Program-made: the position numbers and the translations under genes
Shown here: positions 52,943-64,000 of the stretch, one piece after another
How the letters are laid out: each line of letters begins with the position of its first letter
Position numbering within the stretch: position 1 is the first letter of the stretch
Assembly (NCBI GenBank): GCA_951406725.2
Contig: OX597823.1
Location: forward strand, 9,858,001 to 9,922,000
Reading direction: 5' to 3'
Source of the DNA: Octopus vulgaris
Taxonomy: Eukaryota
DNA: 64,000 nucleotides
The notes under the pieces: model-generated
Database searches by the model: none
What the model saw: only the letters and a program-made list of their open reading frames with translations
What the model was told of the DNA's origin: nothing

Positions 52943-53124
52943 GTATATATATATATATATACGACGGGCTTCATTCAGTTTCCGTCTACCAAATCCACTC
53001 ACAAGGCTGCGGTCCGCCCGAGGCTATAGTAGAAGACACTTGCCCAAGGTGCCACTCAGTGGGACTAAACCCGGAACCGTGTGGTTGGTAAGCAAGCTAC
53101 TTCCCATACAGCCCCTCCTGCGCC
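52654..53124 (-). mobile_element. SINE family A, full-length with expanded (TA)n
   Basis: Reverse complement of 8817-9232. Confidence 0.9.
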
Positions 53125-53389
53125 TATGTTCAACTTTTGTTATTTACTCCAGTGTTTCTATTGACAAGCACACATATTACAAAACATATACTCAGCGTGA
53201 ACCAACAATTCTTCTCTTGGATATTGCTAGTGTTTGTAGTATGCCCCTGTTATAAGCGTGTGTATCTGATATCAAAGCTTTTAACCTGCTACCTAACAGA
53301 TCAAACGCCCATGGATATAGAATATCTCTCCAACACGGAAATCATTCAGCGCTTCATGTAGGTCTTCATCTTTTTATCTTCTGTTTTTT

Positions 53390-53750
53390 TAATTGTTTCA
53401 CTTATTAGACGGCGGCCATGCTGGAGCACCGCCCTGGACAATTTTTAGTCAAAGCACTCGACGCCAGTACTTATTTTTTTTAAAGCTCTGTATTTATTCT
53501 ACGATTCCACTTTGTCAAACCATTAATATACAAGTACGAAGACAAACTAACACAACAAACACAAATACAAAGAAATACACACATACACACACACATACGG
53601 CGGGTTTCTTTCAGTTTCGTTTTACCAAATCCACTCACAATGACATGGTCGACCCGAGCCAATAGTAGAAAACTCATGCCTAATGTGCTGAGAAGTGAGA
53701 CTGAACCCTGAACCATGCCTCGGGGACTTAAAGTAACTTGTTACATGAGC
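53390..53750 (-). mobile_element. SINE family A, diverged
   Basis: gcggccatgctggagcaccgcc...ttcagtttcg..accaaatccactcacaa...ctgaaccctgaaccatg. Confidence 0.75.
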
Positions 53751-55933
53751 GGTAAGAGAACTAAAGCAATAAGTTAGTCCTAATTTAGTTGCATACTGTA
53801 ATTTTCTCACTTCGAGTTTAAATCCGAAAGAGCTAAAATTTGCATATCGGCTTGGCCACATAGTTTTCAAGCAGATTCATAAACTAAAATATTTTAACAA
53901 CAACCACATCAACAACAACTATAACAGCAACAACAACAACAACAACAACAATAATAATAATAATAATAATAATGCAACAGTTTATCTAAGAACGCCAATA
54001 ACTTTCGGTATGGCAAACCCTTAAGAAAATTCGTTTAATAAAATATACATTCGGCATTGTGTTTTTTCCCTCCTGAGGTCAGCCTCGCCCGAGAATCTAT
54101 AGCTTCAACTGAGTTTAGACCACGACCGTTTTCTACTTTTTGTTCAAGCATATCCATGCAGAAATATATCATGGAGTATGAGCATTCGTTTTCTCTTAGG
54201 GTGGAATTGTGGTATTCAGAGAGACATATGCGTTCAGTCGTTCTGGACAGGATATCGTCACCTCGACTCAGTAAACATAACCATTTTATAGCAAATATTA
54301 TTGATAATTATAACTTTACTTTTCTCAGCCTCGAATCTTCTTTTTTTTTCTTTTTTTCTTTCAGATTCATAAGATTTTACATTTTCCCATTATGTTCCAG
54401 ATATACTATTATGAGAGTAATCAATATGACGGCAGTTCTTACAATATCATATATTTCCAAATTCTTTGTGATGTTTTTGATCAATTGTGTGTCCCTCGCT
54501 ATCTCTACTTGATTTTATTTTGAATTATTGTACTTTTCCCTCTGCTTAATACGTTTTGTAGATGGCGAATATTATAAACAAACGATGTTGTTTATTATTC
54601 TTTATCACCTCTGTGACAGGATATCCTAGTCTCATTTAATGTTAATAATAGTATCAACGTTTTTATTCTCAATGTTTCCTTCCTGGTTGTGTTCTCACCA
54701 AATCGAACAACATTATGATAGCAAAACTATTTTAATTTTATGGCAACATTACGATGACTTAGCTTCTGATATTATCTCATTATGCTGGAAATCCTCTTAC
54801 AACATTCTGTGGTTATCTCTTTGTGAAAGTTGGTATAATTAGTTTCAAGTGATTTTTTTTTTCCTGGGTTACATAAATCAAATATTCTGTCTCCGGATTT
54901 GAGCTGCTTTTCATTAGCAAGCCACACGATCTTTGTTGCACACTCCCTTCGTATCGCACTTGAATTGATCGTACCATACATTGTTATCTTCATATCTTCT
55001 AACGTTTTCTTTATATTGCTACTCTTCATTCTTCTGACTAATTATTTTCCTTAGGCCTTTCTCTTACACTATTATTGGTCTCGACATCAATAATTTATGA
55101 ATTTGCTCTATGTTGACTGCGCTCTTTCAAAAGAGCCATTCTTTTCTTCATTGAAAAATGCTTTGCAGATACATAATTTCTTTTGCTATGATATAAAGAG
55201 AACAATGAAGGTGTTGAGAATTAATGTAAAGCAATTATGAATAACATCTTTTGTAAGATTTTTTTTTATGCCTTAATTACAAAGTTCTCTAAATTGTATC
55301 GAAGGTCGATAAGTGTGCGATGAGAATAAAGTATGACAAATAACTTCATATAATAAAACACTAAAGCCACCATATCAATACAAAGCACAACATTTTAAAT
55401 ACAAACCACAAAAACTGGCGGACATTGGTTGCTGGGAACAAACGCGACAAAAATATACTTTCTTCTTCCCCGAAAAGGAATGACCTGGCATCAACACGTT
55501 GCATTTTAACTTAACATGTTAACTGAATACATCTATCTCATTTATGAACTATTCTTGGCAATGTTGACCATCAACATTTTCCCTATATTCCGTATTCTTC
55601 TCCATCAATATATCTCAGACTCGCGTCTCATGATATAAATGTCAAACCTTTACTGATTACTTATTACTCATAATATTTTTCAGCAAGCCAAATTGGAGAT
55701 AAAATTCTCGGAAGCAGAAACAAATGTCCTCCATCGATGTTTTATGTCAAACCATTAAGACTCTCCTTTTCCTCAAAAGTATATCATGTTTGGAGAATTT
55801 TATATTCATTCGACTATCTCCGCTTCTCAGTTAGAGCTGGATTCAATTGCAGATTGGTAATTTTCACATATCCTGTACAGGCGAAGTCTATCACTCAATG
55901 CCACTGATCATTCTTCATTATATATAGATCTAG

Positions 55934-57104
55934 GGAGTGGCCATGGGAACGCGAATGGGCCCCAACTATGCGAACCTGTTCGTTGGCTATGTTGAGGCCC
56001 AAATATTCTCTAGTTTCACTGGTCCCACTCCCGAACTATAGGATCGTTACATTGACGACATTATCGGTGCCACCTTACTCTCCCGTGAACATCTAGATTC
56101 CTTCCTCTCTTTCGTTCAATCCTTCCATCCTGCCCTCCACTTCACCTCCACTATCTCCAACACCTCTGTCTCCTTCCTCGACATTTCGGTCAGCATTCAT
56201 CACTCCACTCTTACAACCTCCATTCACTACAAACACACAGACTCACACTTATACCTAAACTTCTCTTCCTCCCACCCCAAACACACCAAGCTTTCCATCC
56301 CCTATTCCCAATTCCTCCGTCTACGTAGGCTCTGTAGTGACGACCATGACTTTGAGACTCAGTCTCAACTCATGGCACGCCACTTCATCCTACGTGGATA
56401 CCCCCTCACCACTATCCACACCGCCCTTGCCAGAGCACGTTCCGTAGACCGTGCATCTGCTCTGTCCCCGCGAACCCTCCATGCAGTCTACCGCCTCCCT
56501 TTTCCCCTCACTTACCACCCCATCACCCTACCTCTCCAACGCACCATTCTTCGAGCTTTCCGGCATCTCCAGTCCGACCCGTCCACTTCACACCTCTTCC
56601 CTAACCGACCCCTCCCCTCCTCCAAACGAGCCCATGACCTACGTGACCTCTTGGTCCACAGCTTCTTCCCTGACCCTACCTCCCAACCTGGTTCGTTCCC
56701 CTTCTCCTGCCCACGTTGCCGCATTTGCCCTTACCTCTCCAACACCACCCTCCTCACTGGCACCCATCATCGACCCTATCGCATCATCGACTCCTTCACC
56801 TGCACCTCCAGCAATATAATCTATTGCATCTCCTGCTCGCTCTCCCATTCCCTGTACATCGGACAAACGGGACGCCACTTGGCTGACCGGTTCGCGGAAC
56901 ACCTCCGAGACATCCTCCTCACCAATGACACACCAGTCTCACGCCATTTCCGCTCCACTGGTCACTCCTTGCAACACCTGTCTGTGTTCGGTTTGTCCTT
57001 GAACAGTGGCCATCCGGACTCCCGTTTGCGCCGTGAACAGGGATTAATTTTCTCTCTTCGCTCTTTTACGCCATTTGGGCTCAACTCTCCCCCTTCTCAT
57101 CTAA
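55934..57104 (+). pseudogene. PLE reverse transcriptase-GIY-YIG endonuclease, 5'-truncated, nonsense codon at 56039-56041
   Basis: GVAMGTRMGPNYANLF, RYIDD, SFLDI, SSSHP..KLSIPYSQFLRLRRLCS, CPRCRICP linker and NIIYCISC..LYIGQTGRHLADRFAEHL. The probable native stop TAA at 57102-57104 is bypassed by one extra C. Confidence 0.94.
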
Positions 57105-57878
57105 CCTCCCCCCTATCATCTAACCTCCCCCCGACTCCTACTTCTCTTCACTCCTTCATCTTTTCACCCCTACTCTCTTTCCCTCCTCTTCCTTTCTTTC
57201 CTTTCTTCCCTCTTCTTCTTTCTTTCCTCTTCTTTCTTCTTTCTTTTTCCCTCTTCCCCTCTCTTTCTCTCTGCTCCCTCACTCCCCTTCTCTCCCCCTT
57301 CCTACCCCTCCTCCTCCTCCATACCCCTCTTCCTCCTCTCCCTACCACTCCCCTCCCCCTCCCCTCCCATATCCTCTCTCTTCTCTCCCCCTGTCACTCT
57401 CCCCCCCAACCCCCACACTACCCCAACCCCCACTCGAACCCACACCCCACTCTAGCCCCCCACCTCTCCACAACATCACACCACACTACACTACACCATA
57501 CGACATTACACATCACATCACAAAACACCACCCACAGCACACCGCCCACATACCCATCCCCACATCTTTACACCTACACATACACATATATATCACAACA
57601 CACTACACACACACCCATCCCAATATCTCCACACCCACACATACATACATACACATGTCCATACCACCAGCCCTCTTTCACACGCACATACATACTCTCT
57701 TATACACACACGCACCTTCGTGTTGGGTCGAAGTCACTTGACCCTGTTACCTCCCTACTATCCTTCTAGCGTTTAACGTCTGACCTCTGACCTCTGACTT
57801 CTGCCTGAAGTCAGAACGCCATAATGGACCGTTAGCTCCTACACGCATTTTTTTCTCTCCTTGTTTCTTTTGTGTGTA

Positions 57879-57916
57879 TCTTTCTGTCGAAGACCGAAGG
57901 CTCGAAACGTAAAAGA
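57879..57916 (+). ncRNA. type I minimal hammerhead ribozyme motif, A6U variant
   Basis: UCUUU CUGUCGA A GACC-GAAG-GCUC GAA ACGU A AAAGA, sense to the PLE ORF. Confidence 0.78.
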
Positions 57917-58012
57917 CTTGTTTTATTTCTATTCCTGAGCGCCATACTAATACATTTGTTTGTTTACACTCCACCTGCCTTCGACTTTTGTTTATTTTCG
58001 TAAACCTTCCCC

Positions 58013-58087
<75 letters not shown>

Positions 58088-58099
58088 CTGTGTATTTTT

Positions 58100-58400
58100 T
58101 ATTCTTTTACTTGTTTCAGTCATTTGACTGTGGCCATGCTGGAGCACCGCCTTTAGTCCAGCATATCAACCCCAAGACTTTTTCTTTGTCAGCATAGTAT
58201 TTATTCTATCAGTCTCTTTGCCGAAATGCTAGGTTACGGGGACGTAAACACACAAGCATCGGTTGTCAAGTGATGTGGGGGAGGGACAAACACAGACACA
58301 CAAACATATACACGCTCACATAAAATATATAGATACATATATACGACGGGCTTATCTCAGTTTCGGTCTACCAAATCTAAATCACAAGTCTGTGGTCGAA
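58100..58400 (-). mobile_element. SINE family A, 5'-truncated
   Basis: cttttacttgtttcagtcatttgactg...ggggacgtaaacac...tcagtttcggtctaccaaatc. Confidence 0.87.
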
Positions 58401-58500
58401 CATATATGCACATTTGTATATATATGAGTATGAATATTGATTCTATGTATTCGTATTCCATACATGTGCATATGTGTGTGTGTGTGTGTGTGTATAAATC

Positions 58501-59992
58501 AAATATAATAAAGGATAAAATCATTAAAAATTTCATCAGTGGCCAGTATATACAATAGCCCTATTTAGGTAAATTCAATTATAGAGATTTATAATAGTCT
58601 AAAATTTATTTATAATCAAGAGGACGATGCCTATACTGTGAAACTAGATGCTAAATCATCCAACCACTCTAAATCATCACTTTATATTGAAACCGAGGAA
58701 GCAGACTGAAATAAATTCATTAAAGTATTCAGATAGCTTTGGATTGCCCAATTTCTAGATTAGTTTGATAACTCTTCCTTCATTAGCAAATCATACTGAG
58801 CGAAATAAATGAGACATTTATACATACCCGCAAGAAAAAAGCAAACGCGAAGCTGCGATTACTTACCAATACCACAATTACACACGCATCAAATTTGGTA
58901 TTTCACCTCAACGCATGTGCATTTGGTCTGAGTAGTACGGAAATGACTAAACTGTCCCGAAATGAATGGAAAATATTCGTTAAAAATTACGTTTATTTAC
59001 TCGTTGTGCAAGATTTTTTATGTGAAATCGTGTGTTGAAACAGATATTGTTGTATTTCGGAATGGTAAATTTGCCAGTTTAGCCAATAAACTAAATAACT
59101 AAACATAGACGCACATAGAGATATACGCATACGCAAATGAAGACGCATACAATAGATATACAAAATGGCTGACGGTTAGTAAGGAGTGACACACAAATAT
59201 GAAAGAAGAAAGCAAAAGACCACTGATGCGGTCACAGGAGTGTGACGAAAGAACACTAGCCGAAATAAGATTAAGATTAATGTAAAAAATAAATAAAACT
59301 GAAGCAAAGTAACGCCAAATATATAGTGCATATGTTTTTATTGGCTAAACTGGCAAAATGACCATTCCGAAATACAATAATATTCGTTAAAAATGTTATC
59401 AGTCGCCAGCATAATAAATTAGACCTATTTAGGTAAATTCACATATAGAGATTTATAATAGTATGAAATACATTTATAATCAAGGGCACAAGAGCACCAT
59501 GCCTATACTGTGAAAGTAGACGCTAAAATGTCCAGCCACTATGAATTGTCACTTCAAAATACAAAAATGTTGAAAGCGGAGGAATTAGACTGCCAAATTC
59601 AAAAAACTTCTGGATTTGTTAGATAACTAATTCTTAACAATTTTATCCTTTATCATATTTCAATATTTTCCATTCACTTCGGGACAGTTCAGTCACTTCC
59701 GTCCCACTCTGACCAAATACACACGTGTTGAAATGGACTAAGAAATTTGATGCGTATATATTTGTGGTATTTGTATGTAATCGAAAATTTCGTTTGCTCT
59801 TCTGTGGGTATGTAAAAATATCTCATATATTTCGCTCGATGTGATTTGCTGATGAAGGAAGAGTTATCAAACTAATCCAGAACTTAATCAATCCAAAGCT
59901 CTCTGAATTATTCTATGAATTTATGTCAGTATAATTCCTCGCTTTCAACGACGCTTTCAACAATTCGCTGTGTATTATAAAGTGATGATTTA
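58501..59992. repeat. mosaic of direct and inverted copies of a ~470-bp unit with hammerhead-like cores
   Basis: 58524-58720 is direct to 59387-59600. 58670-58977 is inverted to 59662-59992, and 59044-59090 is inverted to 59337-59383. CUGAUGA occurs at 58533-58539(-) and 59849-59855(+). Confidence 0.85.
59223..59250 (+). ncRNA. partial hammerhead core
   Basis: CUGAUGC G GUCACA-GGAG-UGUGAC GAAA. The stem III/cleavage side is not recognisable. Confidence 0.6.
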
Positions 59993-61686
59993 GCGATTCT
60001 TTTCAGTGTATAGGCATAACGCTTTCTGTGCCCTGAGCGATAATGTAGTTTATATTATTATGAATCTCTCTCATCCCACCTCCCACTCTCTTTCTCTTCA
60101 TATATATATATATATAAAATCTTTATCTTTTACTTGTCCCACACACTCTCTATGTATATATATATATGAGCGTTCGTGTGGGTATATATATATATATATA
60201 TATACAGACACAGACACATACATATATATATATAGTTGTCAAAATGATTGATTTTCTGCCATACAAGACATCGCCTTTAATTATTTAGTGCAATAAATTG
60301 ACACTAATATCTTAAAGCGTAGAAATTATTAGATTGTTTCCATCGTCAAATCGTTAAGTTACATGGGTGTAAGCAAGAAAAGGGGAGTTGTCGAGCAGTG
60401 GCGGAGGACAAATCCAAACCGAAGCATAGATAAATATACATACAATCACACGCACGCGCACACACATATAACTAATACAAATATTTGCTGAAGCCGTCAA
60501 TTTATCAGGCATTACATTTTAAGTCAAATATTCGTATCCTAACAAGAGACAAATATCTTTTTGTTACTATATATATGGTTGAGCGTGAGAGCATTGTGTC
60601 TGAGCCTGCAATAAGCATACAAAATGGTATGTGATCGTATGTATATAGGGGCAACTTAGTGACGTATCCTTATATTCATTTATCTACTCGTCCCATAGAG
60701 AACGGCCATTAACATTAGTAGTCGGAGCGTGTAAAGAAAGTATTGCTTAGCTAACCAGAAGACTGAATATTTGTGTATGTGTATGCAAATTACATACACA
60801 CACATACACACACACACACAGATACACACTCACACACACATGTTTACATAAACACTTTTGTGTGTATGGACGTGGTGTCGGCAGTTAAGTTGGGTTGAAC
60901 TATGTAAATATGTCTCCGTCTTCAGCTGCATCGAGCTATTTCTCTCCATTTTCCCTATGACGCCTGTTGGTTCGTATATCTAACACTCTGCGGGCTCACG
61001 CCTTTCATTCTGCCATTAATATATCCCCTCTGTGTCACTGGGTGTCTCTATGTCTCTCTCATTTAATATTTTTTACCCAAAGACACATATACACACACAT
61101 ATGTATGATACACGCACTCGCAGACATGTTTGCATGTATGTTCGAAAATATATTTATATATATATATGTAGACATATTTTGAACAGTCTCACGTATAACA
61201 GGCCGAAACTGTAATGATGATTGGAAGCTTGACTGATGAACAGAAGGCCACGAATGTACCGTCCAGGTTTTCCTGTTTTCTTTGTATCGTTCATCTGTCC
61301 GTATGTTTATTGTCGTCTGTTACGTTCTCGTTCCGTTTTCTTTGAGGGATTAGATTTATATATACATATACATATACACATATAAAAACCATCGCTAGAT
61401 GGTTAGGTTTCGCTCCCCTGCTTGCAATATATCGGACACAGGTGGTGCCGTTAATCAGTCGGAGAAGGTGTTCTTCTTAGGTTTAAAAAGAATGTAGTAA
61501 CCTCGTTCTGTACGGAACAGCCATGCTGCAGTGGCGACAAGCATTACTTTTCAGTAGAGTTACTACTTGCACCTTTTATAGAGATTATAGAACTACCTAG
61601 TTTGTTTGTTACAAGATCAGTTTATTTTTCTATGTATTGCGAGGTAAGGCGACTGACTGTCATCTCTAGCGGACAGGTGTCCAGCA

Positions 61687-61722
61687 CTGAAGAAGGGTAA
61701 ATACCCTGAAACCAGGCTGGTC
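61687..61722 (+). ncRNA. hammerhead motif with canonical core
   Basis: CUGAAGA AGGGU-AAAU-ACCCU GAA ACCAG-G-CUGGU C, with a weak stem I. It lies near the 3' end of a ~350-bp segment flanked by (TA)n. Confidence 0.68.
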
Positions 61723-61761
61723 TATTCAGATTTTAGAACTAGCTAATTATACATACATACA

Positions 61762-61866
<105 letters not shown>

Positions 61867-61937
61867 ATATATTGATAAAAATGGTGAGACAACAAATGGC
61901 TACCGAATAAGTGTCACATATCACATTTACAGATGTG

Positions 61938-61966
<29 letters not shown>

Positions 61967-61968
<2 letters not shown>

Positions 61969-62260
61969 GCAGTTATATGTGTGTACGTATACACTCACAT
62001 ATGTACACACTCAGAGTCACACACACACATAGATATCTATACAATTATATACGCTTTCGTTCCCACATATCAGTACACGCACGTGTATAGTTATGTATCT
62101 CAGTGTGTGAATATATATATATATATACATTCACACACTGAGATACATAACTATACACGTACGTGTACTTATATGTAGGAACGAAAGCGTATATAATTGT
62201 ATAGATATCTATGTGTGTGTGTACATATGTGAGTGTATACGTACACACATATAACTGCAT
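61967..62260. repeat. fold-back palindrome centred on (TA)n
   Basis: Arms ~61967-62112 and ~62129-62260 differ by 3 substitutions and one ~12-bp indel. Confidence 0.93.
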
Positions 62261-63000
62261 TTGCATTTGGACAGGGTTACATTCTTTACAGCTGCAGACA
62301 TATGCTGCAACATTTTCATACCATTAGCACAATATTTTTTCCATTTTACACTGGGATATTCACAGATCTCTATACATTTATCTAATGTTATTTAATAGTC
62401 CTCATATTTATTCGTTATTAAAATTATTGCCGTTAAATTGATGATGACGTATTTCCAAATGATAAGTATCATTTGTCAAAAAAATTGTAATGTGAAATTA
62501 TGCGATATATTCGTTTTGTTCCAACACAACTGATGTCACAAGTTCTGAATTTGAGATTCTAGAATGTTTTTCCTTCAGTTACCATTATGAATTAAGAGAT
62601 TTTATAGATTTCTACATTGTTTCGTTTGTAATAACACTTGCTTTTATATATAGACAGAACTGCCTCTTCCTCTGCGAATAGGCCTTACCTACCTTCTATA
62701 TTTTGGACCATTCTGTCATTATGTGTAGTGGTCCCGTTTAACACCGTTTATGGTAGATAAAAACGCGCATTTCTCATTTCATTGTTGTCACTGAAGAATA
62801 ACTATCGGAACTATGAATGTTTAGAATTAGACTGTATCAAATATTGTCGGTATTTTGGTTGTCGGCATTTTCGGTATTGGCGTCTCGACATGCAGCATTC
62901 TCTAGACAGTCAGTGGAAAGATACGATAGTGTACACTTTATGAAGTTAGTGCCAGTTTACACATCACCAGAGTCTGTATTCATTTAATGTGGACAAATAT

Positions 63001-63163
<163 letters not shown>

Positions 63164-63706
63164 GAGTGAGAGAGCAGTTCATGCCATCAAAGTGACACTT
63201 GGGTAAAATATACGAAGCCCAATATACCCATCATGACTAACCGTCTGATTAGGGTACACCAGGCACGTGCATCACAACCATATGTGCGCGACATGGTGAT
63301 CTCATATCAAGATAAACAGCACATGACCTTGCAGGTGGGGCCCAGTTAGAATTTTCTTCAGGTTGAGTAGCCCATCCTGCTCAAAAGATCCCTGAATAAC
63401 GGTTGTTTAAGGATGTTGAAAGAACCACCCATGTTTCCAGAGGGGAATTATTCAAACCCCACAGAATCCCTCTCAACACATGGCTATGATGCTCCCCCAC
63501 TACTTCTGCTCGTGATCAAAGATGCACATATCGTCAGCCACTAAGGGACATGCTCAACACTTTAAGGTCAAACAACTGACAAGCAAATCTGTGGTATTGA
63601 GCAGAATATTTGCTGTAGCTCAAAAACAATGTACATGATAACACTTCCAATCAGTTAAGATCAGAAGCCATGAGAGCCACTGTTAAGATCAGAAGCCATG
63701 AGAGCC
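63164..63706 (-). mobile_element. non-coding element embedded in (ATT)n, probable 3' UTR of a Dong/R4-like LINE
   Basis: Flanked on both sides by long (ATT)n, with a 25-bp tandem duplication gttaagatcagaagccatgagagcc at the presumed 5' junction. The family and strand assignments are inferred from target preference. Confidence 0.5.
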
Positions 63707-63958
<252 letters not shown>

Positions 63959-64000
63959 ATTGTTCACGCACAGCTTCTAACGCTGGAGATGTACTACGAT

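Larger units (their letters stand above)
55931..58012 (+). mobile_element. 5'-truncated Neptune-type Penelope-like retroelement ending in (TA)n
   Basis: RT C-terminal half plus GIY-YIG, a C/T-rich 3' UTR, and a terminal region shared with short copies elsewhere that carries a hammerhead motif. Confidence 0.95.

Noticed and set aside
54050-55920. Possible very old LINE on the minus strand
   Set aside because: Only vague peptide resemblance; too decayed to call by eye.
57105-57769. Pro/Leu/His/Thr-rich C-terminal half of the 465-aa ORF
   Set aside because: This is read-through into the low-complexity 3' UTR after a probable +1 C frameshift near 57090.

Overview
AT-rich, microsatellite-saturated animal genomic DNA. 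It is most likely from an octopod cephalopod, judged from SINE families I recognise from memory. I found no supportable host protein-coding exon, and most ORF-track entries are translations of (TA)n/(CA)n/(ATT)n repeats. The window holds two near-full-length mariner copies sharing the same two frameshifts, an Hsmar1-like mariner nested in a SINE, an internally deleted mariner, a hAT remnant and one or two non-autonomous Helitrons. It also holds RTE, CR1/L2 and Dong-like LINE fragments, many tRNA-derived SINEs, a tRNA-Arg pseudogene and Neptune-type Penelope-like elements (PLEs). The main unannotated signal is at RNA level: about a dozen type I minimal (dimer-type) hammerhead ribozyme motifs from several families, carried by short elements in or beside (TA)n tracts. 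These include a family-wide A6U core variant, a G3:C8 swapped variant and circularly permuted or inverted monomers resembling retrozymes. Several long fold-back palindromes are also present, including a perfect 64-bp hairpin. All structures were read by eye and no searches were run.
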